Origin: Adineta vaga
Taxonomy: Eukaryota; Animalia; Rotifera
Length of the DNA: 64,000 bases
Assembly: GCA_021613535.1 (NCBI GenBank)
Contig: CP075495.1
Span: 372,001-436,000, forward strand
Direction of reading: 5' to 3'
Shown here in pieces: positions 38,519 through 51,498 of this stretch (within the stretch, counting starts at the first letter, position 1; every line of letters begins with the position of its first letter). Both the position numbers and the translations under genes were made by a program. Under the pieces are notes generated by a model that was not told where the DNA came from, made no database searches, and saw nothing but the letters and a program-made list of their open reading frames with translations.

Positions 38519-40117
38519 ATGGTAGTCGAAACAAATAAAAATGATACATTGACGAAATATTTTATAATAGTAATTGTAATTTTAATTAGTTTAATATATA
38601 TTATTTATAATATTTATCCAATTTTACAATTAAATCAAATAAAAATAAAATATTCTGATAATTATCAACGCGATAATATATCTACATTATTAAATTCTTA
38701 TATAATAACTCGAAATCGTACATTTAATAAAATAGAAAAACGTATATTTATTAAAAATGAAACAGCATATTCATTACCAATGAATTATGATTATATTGAA
38801 TTTGTTAAAGATAATAATTCCATAATTTATCCATATTCAACATGGAAATGTTCCAATACATCAAATACAATTGAAACTAGTCGTGAATATTGTATATTAA
38901 CAAATATTTATTATAATTCAAAAATAGATCGATATTATTTTTATGAAAATCCTTTATTAAATCAAACAAATTCATATCGACATTTTTTTCAAATAACAGC
39001 TGAAGAACTTCAAATACATCGTATAACTAATTTAAAAGAATTAAATGATAAAATATCTTCTATATTAATTCGACCAATATTAGTTGGTGATCCACCTGAT
39101 TTAAATTATATGCATGGTTTTCTTGAAGTTTGTGGTCCAAGATTTTGGGTTTTATCTGAATGTCAATATCATGAATCATATATAAATCCTTCTAAAATTC
39201 AAATTTATTATACATCAACAATGTTTAATATTCATAATGAAAATTGGAATCGATATGAACAACAATCAGATAAAACATATCGTCCAAAACGACAATGGGA
39301 ACAAATTATTCATTCAATGTTTTCAATTTATCCATTATTAATTTATCGTTCATTTAATGAAACAATAATTATGTTTAAATATATGATTTTTCCTGGTCAA
39401 CAATCAAGTCGATCAGTAACATGGGGTTATACACATCTTGCTCGACAATTTCAATCCTATCCATTTTCAACAGAATATTATCGTCGAGCTTATTTAAATT
39501 ATTCTGAATGGATTTTATTTCATTTAAATTTAAAATCAAAATTTGAAGAAAATTATCAAAATGAATGGATTGTTGTTTTAAATCGTTATGATACAAATAT
39601 TCGTCGAATAAATAATGCTAAATATTTAATAAAAAGTTTATTAAAACATTTTCCTAATCATTTAAATCCATATTTACGTGTTTGGCCAAAAGAATATGAT
39701 TTTAATGAAAATTTTTATCAATCTGTTCGAATGGCACGATCAATTCGTTTATTAATTGCTGTTCATGGTGCTGGTTTAGCAAATACATTATTTATGAGAC
39801 CAGGAACTATTGTTTATGAAATAAATCCATATGGTTGTCGTCATTTATCTTTTTATTATCGTCGTTGGATTGAAATATTTAATCTTCAATATGCTTTATG
39901 GATTCCATCATTTGGTGAACGTAAACAACAAGATGATGTATGTGGAAGAAATAATGCAATAACATTAAATATTCAAGAAATTATTGATGAAATTAAAAAT
40001 TTATTAAAAAATGAACAAGAATATCGAAATGGTTATTTACAAAGAGCATTTAATATTATTAATGATTTATCATTTGTCGATTCTCCACCACTCGGATATG
40101 AAGATATTTTATCATAA
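38519..40117 (+). CDS. Glycosyltransferase family 61 (type II membrane)
   Basis: N-terminal TM helix, NYMHGF, VVLNR...RRINN and the diagnostic LIAVHGAGLANTLFMRPGTIVYEI. Confidence 0.85.
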   Translation: MVVETNKNDTLTKYFIIVIVILISLIYIIYNIYPILQLNQIKIKYSDNYQRDNISTLLNSYIITRNRTFNKIEKRIFIKNETAYSLPMNYDYIEFVKDNNSIIYPYSTWKCSNTSNTIETSREYCILTNIYYNSKIDRYYFYENPLLNQTNSYRHFFQITAEELQIHRITNLKELNDKISSILIRPILVGDPPDLNYMHGFLEVCGPRFWVLSECQYHESYINPSKIQIYYTSTMFNIHNENWNRYEQQSDKTYRPKRQWEQIIHSMFSIYPLLIYRSFNETIIMFKYMIFPGQQSSRSVTWGYTHLARQFQSYPFSTEYYRRAYLNYSEWILFHLNLKSKFEENYQNEWIVVLNRYDTNIRRINNAKYLIKSLLKHFPNHLNPYLRVWPKEYDFNENFYQSVRMARSIRLLIAVHGAGLANTLFMRPGTIVYEINPYGCRHLSFYYRRWIEIFNLQYALWIPSFGERKQQDDVCGRNNAITLNIQEIIDEIKNLLKNEQEYRNGYLQRAFNIINDLSFVDSPPLGYEDILS

Positions 40118-40297
40118 TTTATTAACATTTCCAGGAATCATAGGTGACTATTTCGGATGTTTTTCCCTCTCTCTCTCTCGCGCGTTCTTTTTATATATCA
40201 AATTCAATTTTACTTAAAAAAAGGTGTCGAATTTCTTTTCCGATTTGTTCTTCATTATTATAAAAAAAGAAAGAAAGTTATTTAGTATATTGATATT

Positions 40298-41200
40298 ATG
40301 TTATTATTCTTATTCTTAATAATTCCATTGAAAATTAATGTTGGATTTGAAATTGGAAAGATTTCAAATGGTTATTGGAATCAATCTGAATTAATTATTG
40401 AAAATAATATAAAATCATGTGATCAATGTATTTGTAAAATGTTATTGTCTTCATCAACAATTGTTGGATTAAATTGTTTAATAAATAATCAAATATGTCA
40501 TTTATTTACAAATTATTCAAATGGTTTTATGACAAATAATTCAAATAATATATTTTATTTTCGTATTTTACCATTTAAAAATCAATTTATTGAAATTATT
40601 TGGTATTTTAATAATAATACAAATGATTTTTATAATATTTATAATGGAATTGGTATAAATAATATTTCCTATTCATCTCTAAGTTTAATTAATAATAGTT
40701 TATCTCTTTATCTTCAATCAAAATTTTATCAATATGTTGAAATTCTTTCACCTTCTCTTGATTTAAATAATCGTAGTTTTACATTTGAATTATTAATTAA
40801 TCCATTTATATTAAATAATTCATATTTTTATGGTTTAATTGGTCAATGTACAACTTCATCAACTAATCAATGTCTTCATTTAGCTATACGTAATTCATAT
40901 CTTTTTTTTGGTTTTTTTCAAAATGATTGTGTTGGTCAAACAATTCTTAATTCTTCAACATGGTATCATGTTGCTTTTGTTTATTCTTATGAATTACGTC
41001 GACAAATAATTTATCTTAATGGTTTAATTGATGGAGAAAGATATTCAGTTGATCCTTATCAAGGAAATTCTTCAACATCATTAACAATTGGAATGATTTT
41101 ACCACAAGATAAACAATGGTCATTTGATGGTTTAATTGATCAAATTTCATTTATTAATCAAGCTAAAACAAATTCACAAATATATGATGATGCAATATGA
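40298..41200 (+). CDS. Secreted LamG/concanavalin-A-like domain protein
   Basis: Signal peptide, Cys-rich N-terminus, SFTFEL, WYHVAFVY, IYLNG and FDGLIDQI. Confidence 0.8.
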   Translation: MLLFLFLIIPLKINVGFEIGKISNGYWNQSELIIENNIKSCDQCICKMLLSSSTIVGLNCLINNQICHLFTNYSNGFMTNNSNNIFYFRILPFKNQFIEIIWYFNNNTNDFYNIYNGIGINNISYSSLSLINNSLSLYLQSKFYQYVEILSPSLDLNNRSFTFELLINPFILNNSYFYGLIGQCTTSSTNQCLHLAIRNSYLFFGFFQNDCVGQTILNSSTWYHVAFVYSYELRRQIIYLNGLIDGERYSVDPYQGNSSTSLTIGMILPQDKQWSFDGLIDQISFINQAKTNSQIYDDAI

Positions 41201-41312
41201 ATCATTTTTAACATTAAAATAAACAATGATTCATTTTCATTTCTTTTTTCTTTTTTTCACATTGACGTAGATAAAAACACACACACACGTTTTTGTTTCT
41301 ATTCTTATCGAC

Positions 41313-42429
41313 ATGAGTAGTAAAATCTTTTTGACATTACCAGTAGAAATTGTCTATCGAATATTGGATAATTTGAGTATTTATTCGATTTTATATTCAA
41401 TGAGAAATGTTTGTACACGTTTTAATTCAATTATTGAGATTTATGATCGATATCAAGTAAATTATTATTATTTCGTTTTCTTCTATTAATAAATGAAATT
41501 ATATATAGACACTTACAATATTAAATCTTCGATATGAACAAATGACTTTAGAAAAAATCAAATATCTCGATTCTTTTCTTCAAAAAAATCAAGTAATTAT
41601 ACTTTTTTTTATCTACAAATTAGAAAATGATTTGTTTATTATCTAATAGACAATTACTACATTATTTCTTCATAATAATCAAATTGGTTTTCAAGGAACT
41701 AAATATCTTGCAAATGCTTTACAACAAAATCAAGTAATCTTTCTTATTTCTTCAAATTAAATCAATTGTTTTCTATTTTATAGACACTTCGAATATTAAA
41801 TCTTCATGGTAATCAAATTGGTTCACAAGGAGCACAATATCTTGCAAATGCTTTGGAAAAAAATAATGTAATATTTATTTTTAATTTCTATTTTATCATT
41901 ATTTATTCTATAAAAGACTTTAACAAATATCGATTTATGGGATAATCAAATTAGTGATGAAGGTACACGATATTTAGCTAATAGTTTAATAAAAAATCAA
42001 GTATATCTTAAATAATTATTGTTTCATCTTTAAATTTATTCATTTCATACATAGACTTTAACTACACTTGATATTGGTAAAAATCAACTTAGTGATCAAA
42101 GTGCTAAATATTTTCTTAGTGTTTTATTAAATAATAAAGTAATATTAATTTCTTTTTTTTTTCTTTCTTATATTTCTCGTTGATTTATAGACATTAATGA
42201 ATTTATATTTAAGTCATAATGAAATAACTGATCAAGGAGCTCTTTATTTATGTATGGGTTTACAAAATAATCAAGTAGAATTTACAATTGATTTCATTGA
42301 ATCTTTATTGTTATTTTAATTTAGACACTTATTATATTAAATCTTCGATTTACTCAAATAACTGATATTGGAAAAAAAGATTTCAATAAACTTCATGAAA
42401 CTAATCCTGAACTTGAATTAATTCTTTAA
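41313..42429 (+). CDS. F-box + ribonuclease-inhibitor-type LRR protein (8 exons; absent from the ORF track)
   Basis: Exon 1 LTLPVEIVYRILDNL...RNVCTRF. Six 84-nt phase-0 exons (e.g. TLRILNLHGNQIGSQGAQYLANALEKNN) and a terminal LRR exon ending TAA at 42427-42429. Confidence 0.9.
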
Positions 42430-42781
42430 TAATTATTTCTTTTAACATATAAGATAAATATGAATTGTTTTTGTTTTTTATTTCAAAATAAAGATTTAAA
42501 AAATAAAATTTGATTAATGATCGAAGAACATAAATAAATTTCTATTATTTATTTATTTTTTGATTAAATCTATATGAATATTTTCTTGTCAAGGATAACA
42601 AATAAATATTGAGATTATATTTTTCAAGTAAAGTCGTATAAGTCATGTTCATTTATAAACTTTAAATATAGAGTAAATATTGATTATATTAGGATATGAA
42701 TAGAGAATGAAGATAGATTAATTGAGGAAAGAGAAAGAAAGACGAGATAAAGAGAATTATTCTGTTTTTTTTATCTCTAAA

Positions 42782-45033
42782 ATGAGAATTTGTCGTCGTT
42801 GTCGATGTATTCATCAAAAATTTCTAATTTTAATAATAATAATATTATTAATAATTTTATTAAATTCAAAATCAAATCCAAATGTTTTAATTAATAATAT
42901 CGATTCAAAAATTAATTTTAATGAAACATATTTATCTTGTCAATATCCTGAATTAACTATCGATAATCCTCAAGTATGGAAATATCTTAATCCTGTTAAA
43001 GAATCTCAACCGACATGTCATCAAGATATCAATTGGATTTTTACTCAAAATGGTTTGTTCGTTTTATTCATTTAGAATTCTATTGAAAATTATTTTAAAG
43101 AAAACAAAAAATACTCTCAATTAGAATGTTTAGGGTAGATTCGATCTATTGAGAAATTTTTCTAATATTATTTCATATTCACGTTTTGACAACACTCATT
43201 CATTGTCATCTAAACTTTCATTTTGATTGAAGATGAGAAATGATTTGAATTGTTTTATTAAAGGTACATTTCATATAAGAAATGAATCAATAAATAAACA
43301 TGGATCAATTCAATGTGGTTATCGATCAATAATTCGTGAATCAAAAAATGATTTTAAAAAAATGACAGGTGAAAGAATTTATCCATTTAATGATAAAACT
43401 TCTTTAATATCCGATTTCTTTCATGTGGATTGTCAAGCTAAAGATGGAACAAAATATGAAAATTATCATATGTCAATTAAATCAAATCCATCATTATTAA
43501 CAAAGTATGTTCTTCTTCTTTTAAAAAAAGAAATTCTTTACTTATCGATATTAATGAAAAACCCTATTAAAGATCTTCAAAACTCTCAGATAAACAAGAA
43601 ACACATCTTGAATATAATGTTCTTATGTTTGGTTTTGATTCAACATCTCGAATGACATTTATGAGATTTTTACCAAAAACTTATTCATTTTTAATTAAAG
43701 AACTTGGTGCAATTGTAATGAAAGGTTTAATTCATTGATTTAGTTTTAAATTAAACAAAATTTTCTTTTTTAAGGATATAATATTGTTGGTGATGGAACA
43801 CCTGCTGCACTTTTTCCTATTTTAACAGGACAAACAGAAAAAGAATTACCTGAATCAAGAAGAGGTTATCCAAATGCAACAACTGTTGATGATTTTCCTT
43901 GGATTTGGAAACAATTTAAAAGTATGAAATTTCAATTCGAAACAAAATTTTTATTCATTGTAATATTGTTTTTAATTTAAGAAAATGGTTATATAACTCA
44001 ATGGGCAGAAGATATGTCTTATGTTGGTACATTTCAATATCGTTTAAAAGGATTTCATGATCCACCTGTTGATTATTATGGTCGTCCATTTTATTTATAT
44101 GTTGAATCAGAAAAAGTATCAAAACCATTTTGTTTTGGTTCAATAACACGTCTTCAAGGAATGTTTCAATGGATTAAAGAATTCATAAATATTTATAAAA
44201 AAGAAAAGAAATTTTCATTTTTATTTCATTCTGATTATTCACATAATTCAAATAATAATTTACCATATGCTGATAATGAATTATATGAATTTCTTTTATT
44301 TTTAAAATCTTCTGGTTATCTTAATCAAACAATTTTATTTATAATAACTGATCATGGTGCAAGATATTCAACATTACGATCAACAAATCAAGGGAAATTA
44401 GAAGAACGATTACCATTTTTTGCTATTCGAATGCCTGAAAAATTTCAAAAAGAAAATCCATTAATTATGAAAAATTTACATTTAAATTCTGATCGTTTAA
44501 CAACACCATTTGATATTCATGAAACATTTGAACATATATTAAATTTTTATTCAAATAAAACATATAAATCAAAATTTAATCGTTCAATTAGTTTATTTCA
44601 TTTAATTCCATCAAATCGAACTTGTTTAGATGCAAATATATCTGAACATTGGTGTACATGTCTTCAATGGAAACCAATTTCAATTAATAATTCAATAATT
44701 CAATTATTTATTAAATATATTATTATTTATTTAAATAATTATTTATTAGATTATAAATATTTATGTGCAGAAATTCATTTGGATAAAATTATAAAAGCAA
44801 ATCAATTAATTAATAATGAAAAGATTTTTTATCAAATTCAATTTCAAACAAATCCAGGTAATGCACAATTTGAATTAACAAGTGAATTTAATTCAAAAAC
44901 AAATTTATTTCATATTCAAAAACGTTTTCTTAGTCGAATTAATAAATATGGACAATCAGCGAATTGTATTGCCAATATTAGACCAGATTTAAGAGAAATT
45001 TGTTTTTGTTTAAATTCAATGAAAAATTCATGA
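42782..45033 (+). CDS. DUF229 family (alkaline-phosphatase/sulfatase-fold) type II membrane protein, multi-exon
   Basis: NVLMFGFDSTSRMTFMRFLPKT, GYNIVGDGTP, WAED, TDHGARY, GKLEERLP, RLTTPFDIHET and RTCLDANISEHWCTC. Confidence 0.9.
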
Positions 45034-45626
45034 AACATTTTTCTTTCAATAGGAAAAATAATAAAATATTCATCTTTTGGATTTCTATCGTTGATACTTT
45101 TATCTTGAGAATGTGGGTGAAGAACAGAGACTTAATGGATAAGTCTCGCTTCCCCCTCCCCCCTTGGCGATTGTCTAATATGTTCATATCCAATTTCATC
45201 AATTAAAAGTAAATTATGATTGAAATAAACCATTTTTAATACTAAAACAATGAAGAAACACAAGAGTTTCTTTGGATTCATCGATATTTTGTGAAATTTG
45301 ATGATATGATACAGAAAAACTTGAAGATAAATGATTTTTTTCACATATTTATACGATCGTTACTTGAGATGTGATTTGACTTTATATTATGATCATAATC
45401 GTATAACTAACGAATGTTAGCGACTTATTGAGTCATGTAATTAATCACTTAGAATTTATATAACAAAGAATATTTTGTGTTCTCATCAAATTTCAAAATT
45501 TATTTAATTAAATAAGGAAAAAAAGAGAAAAAGGAAAATCTAATGATTAATGAGAAAAAGACTTCTATGAGGGAAATTAAAGGATTGAAATATTCGATGA
45601 GATGAAAAATGTTGTTGAAATTGAAA

Positions 45627-45896
45627 TTAAAAGAAGGAAACTCCATTGTAAATACTATCCGAAGCAGCTGCAAATCGACTTGCTTTTACTCGTGAAGCTC
45701 TAGCAGCATGTCGAGAATGACTTTCATTGATTCTAACAGTACCAAAAGATGTTGGAACTCTTAATGCAAGTTTATCTTTTGAACTTCGAGCTTCAGCTGA
45801 AGCTACTTCGAATTTTGAACCAATTGCTCGACTTGATCGTACTTTGGTTGAATGATGTACCAATGGGTAAAATCCACTATCAATATAAAGACTCAT
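45627..45896 (-). CDS. Small basic Ser/Ala/Arg-rich hypothetical protein
   Basis: 89-aa ATG ORF with higher GC and coding-like codon usage than its flanks; no family recognised. Confidence 0.45.
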   Translation of the reverse strand: MSLYIDSGFYPLVHHSTKVRSSRAIGSKFEVASAEARSSKDKLALRVPTSFGTVRINESHSRHAARASRVKASRFAAASDSIYNGVSFF

Positions 45897-46301
45897 TTTT
45901 TGTTGTACTTGTTAATCAATGAAGAAATGATGTTTTGAAACCAATGATGAAATATATTCGACATTTTCGTCTCTTTATATATCTTTTCAAAAACACCAAA
46001 ATTCAATTTCAACAAACAAACAATTATATTTTCTACTATGACATTAAATGATACGAATAGAAGAAGAAGAAAAAAACATGACAAAATAGTCTACTATATT
46101 GACGCATGAAATCAAATCAATTCAAAGTAAATATACAGAGTATATACCAGTCTGCTCTTTGACTTCTTTTTAACAATAAAGAACAACCGTATCAAAAAAA
46201 CATTGTTTTTCATAATGATACAAATGTCTTCAACTACCGCATTGACGTCATATTCAACGCAATCATATCATAACTAAATTTTTCTTTTTCAGGTATATAT
46301 T

Positions 46302-47544
46302 TTATTTATTCAGTATATCGGCAATTTTATTAAGCATTGGTTCTATACGACTATGAAGTCCTGATCCTGTTGCATCCATTCGATTCATAACATAAGCAAA
46401 TGAGAGATTATGTGATGGTGCAGCCAAACCAAAACTTCCACCTGCTCCTATAGAATAATACAAAAAAATATTGAAAAAACAAACTATGAATATTTAAATT
46501 ACCAAAATGACCAAAACTTCCTGGTCCTAATTTAGGAAGTAATTTATCCAAAAGCATAAAACCCATACCAAATGGTAAATGTGTTTGAGAAAATAAATCT
46601 AATTCTCCATCTGGTGTATTGGATTTCGTTGCTAATTTCATAATATCTTCATTTAATATTCGTTTATATTTTCCATTATCAATATCACCAATTAATAATG
46701 AATAAAATCGTGCTATTGAATAAGCATTTGAAATTCCATTTACAGCTGGAACTTCTGCTTGATGTAAACGAATATCATTGAAAAAGTTTAAAGCAGAATT
46801 TAATGATTGATTATTGAGATTTTGAGATATTTGATTAAATTCAAGTGGTGATACACGATATTCTTCGATTAATGGTAAACCAATATAAAATTCAAGATTT
46901 GATGGAATTGATATTTCATCTTGAATAAATTCTCCTACTGATCGTTGTTTTGGATCAACACGTCGAATAAGTTCACCAACAAGCCAACCGTATGTAAGTG
47001 AATGATAACTATGAGCCGATCCAGGTAACCAAGATGGTGATTGTTGTTCTAAAATATGTTTCATTGTTGTCCAATTAAGATATTCTTCAAATGAAGCAGC
47101 AACATCCGGTAGACCAGCACGATGAGAAAGAATATCACTTACTCTTGTATTTTCTTTTCCATTTTGTCCATATTCAGGCCAATAACGAGTAACTAATGCT
47201 GAATAATCGAGAAGATTACGTTGAACAGCAAGTGCTACAGCTGCAGCGACAATTCCTTTTGTTGTTGAAAACACTAATTGTAATGTATTGTCATCATACA
47301 GTTTTGTTCTTGATTCATCAAACCATCCACCTGATAGACTAATAACTAATTTACCTTGATGATAAACTGCTACTGATGCTCCTAAATCTTGATTTTCAAT
47401 GAAATTATTTTGAAATAGATCATAAATAAATTCCCAACCAGGTTCAATAGTTCCACGTATGTTATAATCAATAGTTTTACTATAACAAATCACTATTGAA
47501 GCAAGAATAAAGATTGAAAGATGTATTATTCGATAATAACTCAT
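46302..47544 (-). CDS. Secreted beta-lactamase-family serine hydrolase (class C/EstA-like), 2 exons
   Basis: FSTTK (SxxK), ILSHRAGL, YHSLTYGWL, EVPAVNG; FGHFG|GAGGS is split across an intron at ~46502-46449. Confidence 0.92.
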
Positions 47545-48007
47545 ATTTTTTAATTATAATACAGAATAGTACGATAGAATTGAATAAATATCAATATGTA
47601 AATTAGCAAATCTGATAATCTCAAAGGATTAAAGTAGAATGATATTTTGTTTCTTTGTAAGGTGCTGATATGTACCTGGTTTAACGTATACTGACGTCAA
47701 TACATACATGAATATGACATTCAAAGGCTTACAAATGACCATTTTGTTGAAAACGCGTTTCATCAGATAAGATCGATCTATTGTAATTATTGAAAAAAGT
47801 CGAATTTTGAAAATTATACCAATGATATTCGATATGAGTCATACGTAAAAAAGAAAAGACGAAATAATTCGACTGTATGTGTATAACTAACAATAAAAAA
47901 CGTGACCGACCTCTACAGATTTTTGTCTTTTCTTTTCTTCTTACCTTAATCAAAGAAAAAACCCACTGATGTAATCATTCTTGTCTGTATGATATTTATT
48001 TTCGACT

Positions 48008-49412
48008 ATGATGGAATCTTGTACAGCATTCAAATCAAATCCATGGAAACCAAATATTTGTCGTGATTGTAGAAAGAAAGAAGAAGATCATTTAACGATC
48101 GAAAATTCTTCTGAAATTCCAATAACAACAGCAATTGTTCTTCCAAAATGTAAATATGGACGTAATTGTTATCGACAAAATCCTGATCATTTACAATCAT
48201 ATTCTCATTTCGATGATTTTGAACAAAAATCAAAATCTAAACTTAAAAAACAAAAAGAAAAAGAACTTGAATTTATTCAACAAATGGAAATTCATGTAAA
48301 AGAATTAATAAAAACTAATCAACTTGAAAGAAATCAATATGAACAAAAATTCGAAGAAATTCTTGCTAAAACTCATGATGATGAAGAAAAACGTGAAATT
48401 GAACGTCAACGTACTTTATATATTTCCTTACAATCACCTTCCTATTGGGGTTCAAATGCTTTAAAAGAATTATATCGTGAAATTGATATATCAAATACAT
48501 CACCTGAATTTCATATTATCAATGAATTAATTAATTCAACAATAACAACACATGGAAATAAATATGGAACAATTTATGGACAAGATCCAACTGAATTTAT
48601 CATAACAAAAATTCAACGAATACAAAATACAACTTTATGGCATGAATATTGTTATAAAAAAGTAATCTTTTCTTTTAATTCAATATTTTCTTTTCTTTTT
48701 CTAAAAATATATTTTTATATAGCAAAGTATTATTGTTAAAAATCGTCAACGATTATCAGATTGTGAAAGTTCAAAATATTTGGAATTAAATCCAATTTTA
48801 ACACCTTTATTAGATAAACAATCAAATGAATATTGGCTTTTTCATGGTTGTAGTCATTATACAATAACTCAATTAGTATTAGCTGGTTATGATTCTCGTG
48901 TATCAAATTTAAAAGGAATGTTTGGTGGTGGATTTTATTTAGCTGAAAATTCATCAAAATCTAATCAATATATTCCTTGTCCTCGTTGTAATGAAAATGC
49001 AATTGGTACTCAAATTGGATGTACATGTAGTGGTCAAGAGACAATCAAATTTAAAATTATGCTTTATCGTGCAGTATTAGGTGATGTACATATAGCAAAA
49101 ATATATAATAGAGATAAATATTGTTATATTATTGATAATAAAAAGAGAAAAAATTATATACGTCGACCACCAATAAAAATAAATACTTTTGATGATTTAT
49201 ATGATTCTGTTATGGGTGAAAGTAAAACATATGGTGGTGATCAATTAGAATATAGAGAATTTATTTTATATGAAAATGGACAAGCATATCCTGAATATGT
49301 TATTGAATTTCAACGATCTATACAAAATATGCGACCACAAACAGATATTAAACGTGTTCAAGAGAAATGTCGACAATTTTTACTCAATACATTTCGAATT
49401 GTTCCTGAATAA
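48008..49412 (+). CDS. PARP catalytic (tankyrase-like, H-Y-E) protein with an N-terminal CCCH finger and a PBZ zinc finger, 2 exons
   Basis: CKYGRNCYRQNPDHLQSYSH (PBZ); LFHGC, FGGGFYLAENSSKSNQY, YREFILYENGQAYPEYVIEF; intron 48662-48722. Confidence 0.9.
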
Positions 49413-49586
49413 ACAATGTACTTTTATATTCTATTTTCTGTAGAATGTACCTCTTTCTCATGATGAGATTCTGTTCTTGTTTACTTTTATAAATAAACAC
49501 GATCATTTTCATACTGAGATTTATTCGAATTCTATTACCCTTTTTATATTCCTCATAACGAGAAGTTCACATATGAAATAAGTTTT

Positions 49587-50715
49587 TCAAATCAAAGCAG
49601 TACTATTTGTTAGAGGATGTTGAGCAATCCATTGATGTGTTGGTCGTCGATGAGGTTTCTTTTGTAAACAAGTTTGAAGAATATTTTGAACAAGTGAAGA
49701 ACGAGTTGGTGGAAGTGAAATTGGAGGTTGAGGTGAATTATAAATTGGTGCATTTCCATAAGTTAAAAAATAAAGAATTGCACCAAGTGACCAAATATCA
49801 GCTTTAGATGTAACAGGATATTGTCCTGTTAAACATTCAGGTCCACTATAATGAGGTGTACCACCACCACCTGGTCTTTGTTGATCACCCCATCTATATA
49901 TAATATAAAAATTTCTTTGAAAATATTATTAAAAATTGAATCTACCTTGACATTTCTTTTTGCGCAATACCTAAATCAATAACTTTTAATGTTGGTCCAA
50001 AAAATACGAAATTTGCTGGTTTTAAATCTCGATGAACCTAAGAAAAAAAAAACAGATTAAAAAAGAATAAAAATGAAATATTTTTTTTATACAATATTAA
50101 GTTGATGAAGAACAAGAAGAATATTAACTAATTGAATCCAAAATTGTTTTCGATCTCTTGCAGAAATAAATTCATCACCAATCATTGCTGATTTTAGATT
50201 TGTAAAATGAAGATTTATTGCACGATCTTGTAATGATTCACTACCTAATTCCATAGCTAATAATGCAACACGTCGATTTGAATCAAAATCAAAACCATAA
50301 ACACTAACAACATATTGTCGTGCACTACGCATTCGATAAATCATTTCAACTTCATCTTGAAATGATTGAACTATTCGCATTATATTCATTCCTGGTCGTA
50401 AACGATTTAAATCAAATACTTTAACAGCTGCACGTTGACCTAAAGAAAGAAATTTCATTTAAAAATAAATTAGTTTTTATTCAAATTTAACCTTGTGGTG
50501 TTGATGATGCCCAAACTGATCCAAATGATCCACCACCTCGTCGATCAATTAAAGTATAAACTTGACTATGAATACGAAATGTTTGATTTTGTAACCAGAC
50601 ATCTTCAGGAGGAATTGGTTTCGATCCAGATGAATCTAATTTAAATTAAATCAATCAATAAACAACAAAGAATGAGAGTCTTACTTGATGAACGACTACC
50701 AAATACGTTTCCCAT
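49587..50715 (-). CDS. Ser/Thr protein kinase (TTK/MPS1-like catalytic motifs), 5 exons, possible N-myristoylation
   Basis: MGNVFGS start; GGGSFGSV, AAVKVF, HRDLKPANF, IDLGIAQ, GTPHYSGPE and DIWSLG. Confidence 0.85.
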
Positions 50716-51498
50716 ATTGTGTATGTCTATGATTTATTTAATATTCATTACTAATATATTCGATAAGGTGAAAAAGGAAGTAATGTCATCGATTAATGAT
50801 AAACAAAAAAACATCAAATGTAGAAATAGAGTCATGAATAAAATGAATTAGTCAATATAACCATTGGTTTTTACCCGTCAATAATGAAAACTTAATATTT
50901 CATACGATATCAATCTTTTTTCTTTTCTGTACATTAAAAAAAAGAAAACATGTGTGTCAAATCACACCATACACCTTCAGATAACCATGATCGATAAGAA
51001 TATCAATTCGACAACATATATTTACAGTAAACAGAGTTATATTATTAACAAATACAATTTATTCTGACCTTTCTTAAGACAATCCTTCTTTTTTTTTTAT
51101 TTGTTAATGATATCGATCATTGTAAAACGATAAGATTTTGTTTATTTAAATGAAAATTTATTTCGAATTAAATCAGAGTCAAAAACAAAAAACAAAACTA
51201 ATTGTGATCTGATCGATTATCAGAAAGAAGAAGCGTTAATGAAAACCGAAAACATATGATATGATTTTTCGTTAGTTTTTGAATACCATAACACTTCACT
51301 TATTATTCATTAAGAAATAAAATCAAAAAGAAATTTTTACTTTTTTTTTTTTTGTTACATCGGAGAATATTATTCTATTCAGAATGATATAAGTGTATTT
51401 ACATAAGAGATATTTAAAGAGAAAGATAATGTTGATATAATAAACATTTCGTTTGTTTTTGTTTTTTTTTCATTGACGAAATAAATTTCATTTATATA

